A stretch of DNA of 64,000 bases from Tubulanus polymorphus. Lineage: Eukaryota > Animalia > Nemertea. Of this stretch, positions 49,341 through 63,683 are shown one piece after another. The notes under the pieces are model-generated. The model saw only the letters and a program-made list of their open reading frames with translations. It was not told where the DNA came from and searched no databases. The stretch spans positions 13,653,062 through 13,717,061 of the forward strand of contig NC_134034.1 in the NCBI RefSeq assembly GCF_964204645.1, written 5' to 3'. The position numbers were made by a program, and so were the translations under genes. Numbering within the stretch: the first letter of the stretch is position 1; every line of letters starts with the position of its first letter.

Positions 49341-50049
49341 TTTTCCCATGTAGAATTTCAGGGGGAGGGTGTACGCACCCCCCTAGGACCCGCCTCTGAT
49401 AGATACGTTATGCCGACAATTCCTGGAAAAAATACGCAAAGATAAGAATCCGTATTAACAAACAAAAAAAAAAAATCTTTTGAAAATGTCTCGCGTTCCC
49501 TTTCATCTGGAATATTCAGACGTCGATTTCAATGTGAGTACTCGCGCACGTGTGTTTGCTCCTTGCGGGGGGCGCACAAGTGCAACTGTCGCCGCTCCAT
49601 GAAAGGATTTACTCGTTAAAAACTGTTACGAAGTACTTTTCAAAACGCTCTCGACTTCGTGTTTGCCTTTACTGAACTCATTGTCTTCGTTCGGATGGAG
49701 AGTGTACCGTACACTCAACATCGTTCTGCAGGACGATACTTGTTGTTTGGTCCACGGGCTCGCTCAATCGCGCGCACGAGAAAAAAATATTTATTATATG
49801 TATTATAATATATACAATCATGAAGGCGACAAGTTAAAACATCGAAACGTTGAAATTATTTCTTTTTTCAAATCCAAATTTTCCGTTTAACGGTGATTTA
49901 GAATCGGGCGACCTCTTTACCTTATATGCAAATTTGAACGAATCAGAAAGAAGATCCACCTTGGTAATTATTGCCCATTGGTCCGTGTCGGACCAACCGC
50001 ACCGGTAACTACGCCGCTGTTAATAGGCGCGTGATCAGAAGTCTTGTTG

Positions 50050-50330
50050 AAAGAATATGAGAGGGTAGGCCTACCTTTGGTGAATAGTGTCGACCACGCT
50101 TGACTGGTCACCACTGACCGGACATATTTACAAACGCCGTCAATCGGGACTTAGACTGGTTACCGGTATCTATCTCAATATTGAATGGGACAGGCAACCA
50201 GTCTAATCGCGGCTTGTCTATGGTCTAGTGGTTAGCACGTACGCCTGGCATGCGGTCGCAGGTTCGAATCCTGTTAGTGTTAGGTAACGGGCGGCCTAGA
50301 GCTAGGGTTGGGAACGGCTTGGAGCTGTTT
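50050..50330 (+). mobile_element. element with tRNA-like core (copy 3, diverged)
   Basis: ATATGAGAGGGT...TTTGGTGAATAGTGTCGACCAC...TGGTCTAGTGGTTAGC...ACGC-CTGGCAT-GCG...GGTTCGAATCC...CTAGGGTTGGG. Confidence 0.65.
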
Positions 50331-53300
50331 TTTAGGCCGTCTTGGCGTAACACTCCCCTTAAGCCGGAGTTATTTCTTTGTGAAAACACCAGGGCGTATC
50401 AGCGGGGGTTGCGCAAACCCTCCCTGTCATGTAAGGCGCCCTTTTAGTTTTGCGATATGCCCTATTTTGGGTTGCACCCTCCCTGAATCAGACCCTAAGA
50501 TCCGCAAAAATCAAAGTTATCAGGTAGACTGATACTTGGTAATGAAATGGATTCAAGTTTAGAAACTAGCCGTTGAAAACCCACAGGACCATGAAAATAT
50601 TGTGGGTTATATTTATGTTTTCAGCAAGTACGCGAGTGCGCGCGCGCCTTCCGGCTGGAGGCATCGCAAGCAACTGGCATGCGAGGATTGAAGTCACCTG
50701 CCTACTGTTGACATTGCGACATCATCCCCTTTCCTCTTCTCTCGTCTGCTTAGCAGAGTACCACGACAAACATTTTAACCGTCAACAACTCAAACAACTT
50801 CAACCTGCAGAGTCCGACCCGAGCCGGCTCGATCTCTCCGCCGCGGCAGTGCTTAGCCTCGAAATTAATTTCAAGCGCTTTTTACACACTTGTCAATGAC
50901 GTCAAGAGAGATAGAGAGATAGAGTTGGTCCGCTTCTAGTAAACCCGGAATAATTCGGTATAATTTCACTCTGCGCCAGAGTTGAAGTTGGTCTCGATTT
51001 GAAGCGACGCTGAATGAAAAGGGAAAATATGATTTTTGTTGTTTTAAGTCGCAAGACCAACAGCCGTGGGTTCTTATGATTCTGGGCCCATGCAGTTCCA
51101 CAGTTGTGTGGGCTTTATTTTGACTGTGGATCCAGTTCCACAGTTATGCGGGTTTAATTTGACTGTGGTTCGAGTTCCACACATGTGGACTAGTTTATTT
51201 CCACGGTTTGATTTTGATGTGACTCTGAATCAAGCTCCGGATGGACACTGCAATGTACAAACTGATTAATGATTTGATTTTCACATCGAATCGATTTATG
51301 AAGACGCAAAAAGACGAAATATTCAGCGAGAAAACAAAAACTCGTCCGCATCAAAATGATCCGTATCTCGTCTGCCGAGAACAAGACCGTCACGTGGGGC
51401 GCAAACAGATTTAAATAAAACCGGAGACAAATGGTGGAAAATCTCTCGGAAATATGCACCGTATTTCTGACGGTATAATCCGTTGTTTGCGGAACCATTA
51501 CTGGTGAGGATTAAGGGCGCACTTGAGTCGAGTTGGTCAGTCGGTGTCCATCGTGGGAAGAATGACCGACAGCCATTGAAACCTTGCAGGCATCTGGCGG
51601 CTATTTAACGACTAAAGTAAAATCTTGCTGAGCCGGCCGCGGAGAAGTAGAAGGTATGATTGTACTTTGAACGCGGATTTGAGTAAGAGCAAAGTTAGAG
51701 AAATGTTTTGCCAACACGGAGGTGCTTTCAAAGAACTACAGTTTGCGTTGGAATAACACCTTAGGATTATCCCATTTGATTTAACGATTGCCTTTTGAAT
51801 AAAATCAAGAAAATAATCCCAGAGAAAATTAGTTAATGATCAAGAATGCTTTGACCAACATGTATTTCATAGCTCACGGTTTGGGTAAAAGTAACGCTAT
51901 ACCGTGTCTGGCTAAAGATCCAACATTAGATCTGGTCCAGTTTTTGGGTACCCAGTTTTTGGTTTGGGATTTCGGATTTCGAGAATCGAAGTACCCCTTC
52001 CAGTGGAAGTCCCAAAACCACAATTCGGTACTGAGTCATACCATGGATGTATAAACTAGTTTATACGTTCATGGTCATACTGTTTACCGCTCAACCGAGG
52101 AATATTGGATTAACCCAGAATTATCATTATAGATGAATGGGCGAATTTATTTGTAATTATGCACAGGTTATTTTTGTGTAAATCCCATAAACAACAAGTT
52201 AAAAGAAAAACCAGGATTCCCAATTTCGGAATTATTTTCGATTTCATAATTCGCAGCTATTAAGTTAAACGAGTAAGTTTGAGTTCGATATTCGTCGATC
52301 TATGGCTATAAGGGAGATGGATGGTCCCCCTAGCTCTTCCCCTTGTAGACCCCGGGGCTATCACCAGCACGTGCGCGGCGAACGCTTTGTCGACTATCGA
52401 CAATCGAATACCATACATTTCAAATCATAATTACAAACAAATTCGCCCATTCATCTAAACACGTCAACTCGATGATTTCCTATTGACGAGATAATAATAT
52501 AAATTACTACGGCATTCTAAATTAATACGGCATTCTAACGGGTGAATGGACGAGTAGGACTGGAAGGGGGTATTTCAATTGTCAATTTTAGTCGAGCATC
52601 ACATCGGGTTTAATTGCTATATCATCCATCTATAAGTCGAATGAACTGTCGCGAAGGTCCATATATATATATATATATGTATAGGCTAAATTCTCATACG
52701 TACGTACATATAGACAGTAATTACAAACATTGATACCGGTATCAATAATCTTCATCATTCTTGCGAGAAATGCTGATAACATTTCTAATATCTGGAGTCT
52801 GTGATTCATTTTCAATCAAAAATGTCTCAGGTGAAGCACTGGACGCATGCGAAGTGTGGACGATCAGTTTTTTTTTGAAAGTGCGCTGATGAAATGTCTA
52901 ATGTCTGATGTTTGTAGTTCATTTTTAATTAGATATGTCTCAGGCGAAGTGCATAGAGTTGAAATCAGAATCCTCTAACAGCTTTTTGATTGTAAGATTT
53001 ATTCCTACAACAGTCACTAATTATCTATGAAAACCAAGTGCGGGGGATGTGTAACTGGACCGCTATCTGTTAACTTCCTTTCTTCATTTCGAAATTGAAA
53101 GTTTCCCCCGAAAACTACGAAATTCTGCCGGGGTTATTTCAGTCGTGGTACAGGCGTCATCTCCACGGAGCGCCAGCCCCATTCATATATATCGTGATAC
53201 TTTTAAACAGCCGATCACAAAGACTTACTTGCTTTTAAACTTTGACATATGTTATTGAAAAAATTCAGGGTGAAATTCGATCCGGAATTCTTTTAGTTCG

Positions 53301-53649
53301 AATAATACGCGAACCTATTGATTAAAACCACGGCGTGTACCCCGCAGCGAGTTCACGGGGTTGAATGCTACGTTTTTTTAGATATGACGTTCTTAAATGC
53401 GTTTAAAAATGCGTCAAGCTGTGATGCGGAGCCTTAGGGGGTAAAGGTGTTCGCGTGTAGCACCCAGAGAGGGCGTGGCGGAGCGCAGGTTCGTCTCTGA
53501 TCAATGGATCGGTCATATTCATTCTGCATGTCTCAGGTCCCTGCGAGTCAGCCTACAACCGTTCTGAGTTCTGAATTTGACTGCGATCATAGAAATGGTA
53601 CTGGATTCTATCCTTAGTTAATGCCTTTCATTGGTTATTGACCTCTTAC

Positions 53650-53815
53650 CGGCTGTTGACTAACAGCCACCATCAGGTGGATTGATGAGTCCACCTGATG
53701 GCGGCTGTTGTTGACAGCCGAAATGTGTGGTTTCATTCTTATACATTTTATCGTATAAGATTTGAATTGTTGGATTTCTTCAATTATCTACAGTTTACGC
53801 GGATTAGAGTGTTTT
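53650..53815 (+). mobile_element. Penelope-like remnant with inverted, degenerate hammerhead cores
   Basis: CCAC-CTGATGG-C-GGCTGT-TGTTG-ACAGCC-GAAAT-GT-GTGG at 53691-53730, preceded by an inverted partial copy at 53650-53681. Confidence 0.55.
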
Positions 53816-56800
53816 TAAGTTCTAAAATATCATGACGTATGTAAACAACGAATTTGCGTTAAAGCAATTGGAAAAGGCCCGTAATTTCTTAAGTGGACAT
53901 CATCCTTCCTCGGACCGTGGATGCGCCTCTGTTAGGTGAAAAACAGAATGCGTTTTTCACATCATAAATCACAGTATACCCGATACGGTATCCCGGTGTC
54001 GCGGTTCGGGTTCTCGATCTCACAAACCATTATCTCTTCTCCCGAACGGCTCAGTTTAAAGCGCGTCGACATATGTTATCATTTTATAAAACAATTACTC
54101 AATAATGGGCCACCGTGCACGGTGATAATGACTCGATCTTCAAACGTATTGTCGTCGGCAATGGACCGCCCGGGAAGCTGGGCTCCATCATCGCGTCGTT
54201 AGTGCTGTTAACCCCACCGAGGGGTCTCTATCGTGGCCACGAATTCGTGTTTACTAATTAGGTTAACTGAAATCTGTGGACCAGATTCTGGACTTTGAGA
54301 GTTCGCCCTGATCGCTAGCGAGCTCATCTGTCGCGGTTTTTAAATTTTGAAATTAACGACGCTTTTAACGGGCGACCGTCTGCCGTAGTGTTTTAATTCA
54401 CTAATGGCCACCGAAAATTTTCAAAAAGAAGATTGTAATTTTTCTCCAATTATCAAACTGCAGTGTTCGATCATCAGCTGGAAAATTAGAAAATTTAGTT
54501 GATCCTTGTTTTTTTTATGAAAAAAGATTTAAACCGAAATACAATGATATTGGACCAAGCGTTTCTTGAGTTTAAATTATTTTTCAGACGACGGATTTTC
54601 AATCAAATCAAAATCCAGATTCAAATTGGATCCAGAGTCAAATTGTACCCATAAAACTGTGGAACTGCGTTCAGAGTCAAATAAAGCCCATAAAACTGTG
54701 GAAGTGGATCAAGGGCAAAGTAAAACCCACGCAACTGTGGAACTGGGCAAAGCTCGACAATTCTGAGTCTATTGATATATCGTCCTGGAGGTGTGCGACA
54801 TAAACACTTCCGACACCCGCTTAATATTTCCGCCGGAATAAATAATATCGGCAATGATCCAGCAGCATGAAGTCATCAATTCAAATCTTTAAGAGTTGTG
54901 TATCACCATCATCATCATATACCCACATAGTATAATTACTTGTCTCAAGCTATGCAGAACTTTTGTACGCTCCACTCACGCCATCGCAAAACCGCAATTC
55001 ATCGATAAATGGACACCGCTTGGGGGGAGGTCTTATTAAAACCGACCCTCGCGGTGACTTTCCCTCTTCTCGTCTGCCGCGGCTGTGTACGCCGGCAACA
55101 GGAAGTTAACGACCTAGCACGGCTCCGAGTTCGCGCCGGCGGGGTCCGACTCGTTACGCGTCTTCAACAACGCCAGACATTGGCGAATACAATATCTGGT
55201 TTTTAGAATTTATTGAAATCGTCGGCAAAACATTGAAACTAATACAATGGAAGGAGAGATTGTATGTATGTATGGGAAATTTAGTAAGTTGCTCAATTCT
55301 TGCGTCCATCAACTTTGTTGATGAGGCGGCAATGTGGCGGCATATCTACCCACTTCTAATGCAGCCTAATATAACTATACCCATCACATGCCTCAAATTG
55401 TCTCACTCTGTTTACGCGTTTGCTTGGTGCTTAGGAAAGACTTAACGAATTTCCCAAAAAATCAAGTTTCTAGACATGACTTAAGAAATCGGAAAAAGGA
55501 AATTTGAAAATTAGTTAATCTGTTATTACGTACAGTGAAACAATTATTTTCTAAATCAATCAAACGAAATATTCAACGACGTCTGTTTAACGTAAGAAAC
55601 CAATTTAGACATTATTGCCCTTAACTTCGCCGTGAAATATTTCATGAAATTTAGATATTATTTTTCCGACTAGGGGAATTTATTCATGTGGAGATAACGA
55701 ATAAAACGATTCCCATTATATGAATTGACGCCCTGGGCGCAGAAAGGCAAGAGGCGCCATAGGTAAAACCGGCGTCCGTGAGATACATTGCGGTTAGGCA
55801 TCGCCCTCGGGGTGTTAGAAGCATCTCTCATGGGAACATTTATCATCGAATTTATAGACATTATTTCCGGGGACATTTTTACCTACATTCGATTTTTATT
55901 CATCATTAGTATAGAATTTGAGAAATCATTGATGGACTTTACATGAATAGTCGAACGTAGAGTCCTCGTTTGATGTGAGTGCTTCAACCGTATTTTTTAG
56001 AATATTTTGACATCCATTTGTGTTTATGTTCGTGATACAATCCAGGTGGCGCCAATGTGCTCAAAACGTATCAATGTATGAAAAACGTCACGTCACTTGT
56101 TTATCCAAAGGACGTGAACTATCTACGTATTCTATTAGTCTAAGGAATATTTATGAATCTTTGTTTGAAAACTAGGAACTCTTAAGAGAATTTTCGTTCT
56201 TTGTGGGTAGTTATGTATCCAAGGACCAACTGCACTTAGACTGTTGTTCTATGATTTAAGACCAACCTGAGCTTATTTCGGTTCTATCACAAATATTAGA
56301 TATTTCGACAGCGCGATTTGAGATCACATTTTTATTTAAGTAAGGAATTTGCAACTGGGCCCTGTGGTCAGTCTTTTGGTCTTGAATCTAAGGATCGATT
56401 GTAGAAGTTCGGCTCCAAATAAGTTTTTAAAATTAAAACGTTAAATTGTCGGTTGAACTGCGCTGTCGGGTGCGAGAGGCAAGTGGTTTCAATGTCAAGG
56501 AAGTTTTAATCCGTCGGTCGACTGAATTGACTCGCGAACAAAAACCACCACAATAAGAGACTGTAATGAATTTATTCGAGGTCGAAGTTAAAACAACTTC
56601 AGTCCGGATTAATAGACTTAATCCACTTAATTACGCAATCAAGTCGTGCGGAGTTAATCCGCATTTATAAAGCGGTTAACTAAACCGGACTTGCACCTGG
56701 AACACCGAACGCGAACAACCAACCGACCGACCGACCGATCGATAGAATCCGGAAGTACCCAGCGCAGACGATACGGATTCATTCAACTATTTGATTTAAT

Positions 56801-59800
56801 AATGATTTTTACACGTCGAGTATTGTTGATAACGTGTAGAGGTTTTGTTTTATGTCTGTTCCGCTGTTCACAATCTGATTAACTTCACTCACCCAAATAA
56901 TACCGTGTCCTCCATAAACTTCCTGTGCTTGGTATGTTCAACCATGGACTCGGGCCAGAGATGATCGAATTAGAACACGTTCCATTCATTCGATTGAATG
57001 TAGGCTTGAAATATCGAGCTATATTTCAGTTAGAGTTGAAATGTTCAAATAGTGTCATCGTTGGATTCCTTTCTGATTTACTTATGATGCATGGTTTAGT
57101 CTCTTCCGGCCCGACCTTAGCCCCCTCCCCACAATTTCAGCGGAAACTTTCTTCTATCAATGTCCAACCTTGTGGACTTATCTATTAGTAATGTTTTTTT
57201 AATGTCCATACGTGTTTTCTGATGATAGTTTTGCTAATGCTGAAGGCGACTTGTTCCTATAATTCGAAAATTAAAAAAAAATAAAAAAAAACCGTCTTTA
57301 CGGTTTCAAAATTTCTTCATTATTCAAATGACGGGATTTAACGAATGTTCAAGCTCGATACAGTTCATCTTTTAACTAAGTATTTCACAAATGGAAGATC
57401 GAAATACTCTGAGTCCGTGTTGTATAAAGATAACACATAGAATCTAACAATTACAATAAAATAAGTTCGAAATGTTTCCTTGAACTAACGACGTTTTCGA
57501 CTATATACTAATATTATTCCTGGTGATTACTTTTATGATACAGTCGAAATGTTGAATAAATTATTAACTCAAGGAGACATTTCTGAGTCTTTTATTCGTT
57601 AGTGCGCGATCTAATATGAAATGGAAATGTTTTCATAATATTTCAACCTTTGACAACCTTTGAACTTTCGTTATCCTATTGATTGGGGTCCGATTCAATT
57701 AAATCGGTTTTCTATATCTATGGTCGCCTCATCATTTGAAGGCATCATATCATTGAACTTTCTCTTTTGTTCGATATACATACATTTAGCCTATATAGCG
57801 AACGCTATCCGATTGATTCATTTAATCAAATTCCACCCCTAATTGGGGGATGGAAATCGCTATCGTTTATTGTTTCGCCCGGGTCGGTATCGCTGAAATG
57901 AATCGCCGCAGCGGCGGGCGGTCTAGGGACGTTTTCCCTTTCTCCACACGACCTCCGCTATCGCCCTAATTGCCGCCGGTCACCGTAAACCCGGCACTAC
58001 CCCGCGTTATTGAGTCGATTAACCTAGTGGAAGTAATTGTACCCGTTCGGTCGGTCCCGACCTGGCAGGGGCTGCATCGCTAGGCGTATAGGCTATCTTA
58101 GTAACTTACTGGTCTATAGTCGATTACGTGTAGCTCCGCGTGCAACAAACGCCCGTTCAAAATATGAGCAACAGCGTTGCCATGTACATAGACAAAACTG
58201 CGAGCACAGCGGAAAGTTGACTGTTTAAAGTAGAATAAATGAATTATCACGGAATAAACAATAAATGGTGATGGCGGATTTATTTTGTTTTGCCGAAAAA
58301 TTAAGGCCTTCATTTTGTTCATCTTATGCACATCATCCTATAAAACGTATTTATGTTCCATTATCAGGGATGTACATGCGTGTGTACATACGTCTGTACA
58401 TACGCCGTTTGGGCTTTTATTAAAACAAATAGAAAACCGACGGCGCCGCGTTGTGCTTAAATAGAATTTACAATTTAACAATATTTATCTGTTTAACTTA
58501 TATAGAGATATAGGAAATTGTGGTTTTCGGAAGGAGAAAGAGTGAGAGAGAGGGAGAGAGAGAGAGAGGGGCTGGGAGTTTTAACAGCCGACATCGATAT
58601 AGCTCGCGTTCTTATCAGTTAAATAATCTTATCATTTAAAATGAAGCACGTGTTTTAGTGTAAACAGCTCTCCGTGTTGGTTGTCGGTCGTGTGTCGTAT
58701 TTCGTTTTATATTGCTAAATAAATGCTCTTTTTTCTATTGTGGGTATCGCGTGATAAGTCGCCCGCGAGTTGTCACGAAATATCATTTTTTGAACCTATG
58801 AAATATCTCCAACTGATAACACACATTTAGTTTATAGATTTTTCTATATTGAGTTCCTAACGCGTCTCAATTTCACCACTTATGGCGTTCATTTCGGACT
58901 CAGGACCCAGTCCCACAGTCCCGGGTTGATATACATATGGGTTACTGACCGAACTAAAATCTCTATCTGCCAAACTGCGGACCTTAGCAACACTGTAGTC
59001 GTGGGTCATCCACAATTAGCTATAGGTCTAATATATCTTGCTCAATGGTCACCTAAATGTGGAACTTGGTTCTGAGTAAACTAGTCTTCAGGAACCATAG
59101 GCACTCCAGTCTAAGACCATAGCTGGAAACAAGACCACGTCTTGTTTCCATCGCCATTATCCTACAACTTAAGATTTTATCTTAAGATTAAATACAGTTT
59201 TCGCACTTGTGAAGTCACGATGTGTCACTATTAAAACCGGTTTGATATTTTAGCTGCCACCAGATTCAAACTAAAACTTACACATCTGATTATCAACTTA
59301 AATGACAACATTATTTTATCATTCTTCAAAATCATCAAAGAACAATTCTAACTGGAACCCGTGGGTCTTAACTCAGTGACTAAAAGATTGAATATCAATC
59401 GTCCGGTTGAAATTAAAACTATTCTATCCCAGATTCACAGTGTTTACTTAGATGCTATTGAAAACTAAAATCTGATTGGAAGACCTCGTCGAGTCGGGGA
59501 CTTAATGATCTATTCATCCCGAAATACAGGCAACATACGTTTTAATAATTACCAATCTATCGATATGATTAAAGGCCGTTCATTTTTTATCAACGATACA
59601 AAAGCCGCCTTTCTCTTCTTCTGTCGCTCTCTCTCACTTTATTAAGACATTAATCTGTTGGGCGTGGTTTCGTCCCTATCCATCAATTATCCAGCGATGA
59701 GGCGTTGACGATGAACTCATCGCGTTCACCGTGATAAATGTCGTCTGAAAGCCGTCACACGCGCTACGGTCGATTCGACGTCGCTTATTGGTCGAGCGGG

Positions 59801-60133
59801 CCGATGACGTCGAGAGTCGTCTGGCGGTATATAACTAGAACGGGTCGGCGGATGGTGACACAACTTCGTCGAAGCATCATCATCATCTTCAAGCTCTCCT
59901 GATCGGTCGCATCCCGGATTTATTATCAAAACAATATATTCTTTCTAAACGAATTCTTTTCTGCGGAAGTTCATGACGTAACGTAGAACTCTACGAGTTT
60001 GGACGCATAGAAACTTATCGAAATACGAGGCGATTATTAAAACTACTTAAGCATTAATTACCGGTTAATTGATTAATCAATTAATCAACTTTGATAAATG
60101 CGCGCGCAGTTTCGTCCATAAGCAGACGGTAAA

Positions 60134-61996
60134 ATGAATATCTTAATGCAACCGCAGCAGCAGCATCATCACCAGCATCATCATCACTCGTCTCGTATCC
60201 TGGAAAACAGCGTTTGGGATGGATTCTTCAACGATATCATGATGGATCACGCGTCGCACGCGGCAGTCGGAGCCGGGATCCATCACCATCAGTACGGCGG
60301 GGTTACAGCAGCGACCGGTGATAGCGAGTTCTCCAGCAGCAGTCACTGTCCGTCCTCGCCTTCGTCGTTACCGGCATCGCCCGGTTCCAGCGGCGGCGAC
60401 TACAGCGACGCCGAGAACAACAGTCTGGTCGGTTCGCCCAGAAAACACCACAATTCGCAGTTGGGCCGAAAATGCGGCGGTCGCCAGCCGGTGAAACGAG
60501 TCCAACAAAGATACGCGGCCAACATGCGCGAACGGAAACGAATGAAATCGATAAACGACGCATTTGAAGGTTTGCGAACTCGGATACCGCTCGTTAGAGG
60601 CGATAAAAAACTATCTAAAGTGGACACTTTACGCTCGGCAATAGACTATATACACGAGTTGTCTCAACTATTACAGACCTGTGGTAACGGACAATTCGGT
60701 CAGAATTCACACGAACGACAGAAAATCATCGTACGGTGTCAGTCAACAGGTAAGATTAACTTCTATTTGGGAATTTCGCTGATGAATATTAATTAGTCAA
60801 AGGGTTCCTAATTTTTTTTTCAAATAGAAATATCGTGATATCTGCCTATGAATGAGTCGTTATCGTAATGTAATGATAGAATAATGTTTTAAGTTGTCAG
60901 AGAGTGTTTATAAATTGCTATTCCACAGTAAACCTAGCCTTACTCGGAGGACATGGTCGAATTTTGACTAACTAGAACAAAAATCATATCATTTTTGTGA
61001 CTAGCTACTGTATTTTCCTATCCTCATCTCGGATTTTCCATGACCTCAGTCCGATAACAACTTTTTCGGTCCCAATTTGGCGAGGTTCGCTGCACGATAG
61101 AACTAGTTAGCGATATTTCCACCAGGGGCGTAGCGATAAACTCAAAACGTGCATTCATTCGAAGAAAGATACCGAAGACGGTGTTCGAGGGGGTGGGCTT
61201 AATTTGAAATTAAAAGTTATCTGCGTCTTTATCGGAGTTTGTGAAAGTTTTCGAAATATAATTCGACTTCGACCCGAAAAGGATTCGATAGTTACGTCAT
61301 ATTGTGAGAATCCGAACACAACCAGACGCTCACCGAAGTATTTAGATATATAGATTGATGGGTTTAAGATGAAATTTTGACAGATCGACAATAGTTTTAT
61401 CAGTTGTATTTGTTGGTCCTTTTTAATCCCTTCGGATTAGAAACGATGAATTTCTGATCGCGATCATATTCCGGATTTCCTCCACCCCTGATGTAACATT
61501 TACCGCGAAATTCGGACAGGAATCTCAGTTTAGGCTTCTTGAATAAACTATACGGGGGATGTGGACGGGTTTGAAATGGAATAACGATTCGGTAATAGTT
61601 TTGGGATAAAAAATCGAGTGTTCTAAGAACATCTATTTTTAAGAAATATCAAAATTTCGTTGCTTTTAGAAATTCAATTGTGATGTCGGGTTGAGGGAAA
61701 ATATACATTAAGTTTTCGGTACAAGGCCAGAGATAAGAAATATGTAAAAAATTAAGAGATTTGGAGTTTCGGATGCAAACTTTATTTTGTCACTTAACCA
61801 TTTCTTTCATTTATAGAATTAATATCTAATCTCGCCGTATTTAATAATTTCAGATATGTATGACGATTATGTACCACTTTATGGACACTCTTTATCCTGG
61901 GTAAACGAGGACGACCCGAAATACGGCCCCAATAACACTCTCTACGCTAAAACGTGGACGCCCGAGGACCCGGGCCGCAGCGAAACGTTTGACTGA
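60134..61996 (+). CDS. Ptf1a: Ptf1a/Fer1-family bHLH transcription factor, 252 aa, 2 exons
   Basis: Exons 60134-60749 and 61854-61996. bHLH: [24 protein letters not shown]...LSKVDTLR. Also KIIVRC, and the C-terminal RBPJ-binding motifs GHSLSW and AKTWTPEDP that are diagnostic of Ptf1a. Confidence 0.9.
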
Positions 61997-63683
61997 GGAA
62001 CGATACTGAAAACTACTGTTTCGAAAATGAACGGATCCAGTGTCTTCCGTGAATTCGCCGTGATGGTGTCGTGAGAAACAAAGGTCGCCCGGTGAACGGG
62101 CGATATGAACAAACCGCCGGCATCAGCGCCAGGTTCTTAGTACCGGTACCTCGTCACAAACCGATAGTTTAATCGGTGTCATGTTTTCTACATTCAAAAC
62201 CGGCGACTTCAATCACTCCTCAAACTCTTAGAGAATTTTCTATCGGAAGCGAAGCGCAGAAAATTGTAGGCGAAAAATAAACTGCCGAATTTCTCGACTT
62301 GTGAGACTTTTTTGCGAAAAATCCTTTAGGGTTTTTAAGACTGCGGCGGCAAACAATGAGAACTATTCCTACGCGGGATCTTAGAAAGTGAAATGTTAGT
62401 GAAGAAATGTATCAGCAGAAGAGACCGCTTAGTCAATGTCAGGGTCATCATATACTTATTCATCAATGTCAATGTCAAGGTCTCATTGTCAGGGTCATTA
62501 CACTTAGTCATCAATGTCAATGTCAAGGTCTTATCTTATTGCGCTCGCATTTTTTAAACCGATGGCTATAATTCAGAGTTGTCGTTGTATATTTAAACTG
62601 CTGCTGCCAAAGCGTGTGTTCGGGGGATGTAAAGGGTTAAATTAAAATGGCCGCTCGGTGTCTCTCGTTATCAGGGGCGGAATTTCATTATTCGGTTCTA
62701 ATCTCGCGATGCATTTACAGTTTATACTTCCGTTGATAAGGAAAAGATTAATGTGCAAATATACGGCTGTCATACCCGTGCTAATCTGGGCTCGGTTCCA
62801 ACGCTGTTGTGAGTTTTAATACTATCAAACTTCAGATTTCAACTCTAGATTCAAATCGACTGTTTCTAGCTGTTGATGGTAGATTTCGGAATACCGTTAT
62901 GAGTTAGATTCAACTATCGAATCAGAATTAGTTCAATTTCAATTGCTTTAACTGAAGTAATCGAAAATGAACTGATTGTGATTCTGTTTATGAAGACAAA
63001 ATCAATCGATTTTCACAACTATGGAACTGACTCACGTTTCACTATTTATGTAAACAGAACAAGCATTTAAAAAGTTCTTCGAATAGAAAATGATGTATAT
63101 CAACTACACAGATTGATTTATCAACAAAGTACATATTTGAACTATTTTCACAAAAATAATCATTAAATCCTGAATCTATTGAACGAGCACTGTATTAATG
63201 AGTTACCAAATCAGTTTAAGATTTAACTGGCCTCAACATTCAACATGGGATTTAATGAAATCAATAGTTTTCTGCATTTTGCTACGACCGTTTTTTTGGT
63301 CGAACTTAGTACTTCACAATTGCTCATTATATTCCATTTGACTTCCTCAAATCCTGTAAGGATTTACTTAAAGCTCAGTTTTATTCAGGGCTCTAAAACC
63401 GGCTGGGTTCTCATAAAACCGGCTGGGTTCTGATGAGAAGCCAGTTCGTATCTACATCGTTAAAATCGATATAGATACAAATTCTACAGTATTAATATTA
63501 TTATAAAAATTATTATTATCACGATAAGAATATTATCATATATTTTCATGTACTGTATATATTTTGAATATAATTTATAAAGTGTAACTAATTCAGATCA
63601 GAAACATTTTTCGTTTTTTCTTCAATTTTTCGCAGTTCCTTGTGTCATTTTTAAAGGGCATCGCCTCCAGCTTCCACATCTCT

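Noticed and set aside
63430-63450. Hammerhead CTGATGAG
   Set aside because: No GAAA or stems follow; it is part of a short direct repeat.
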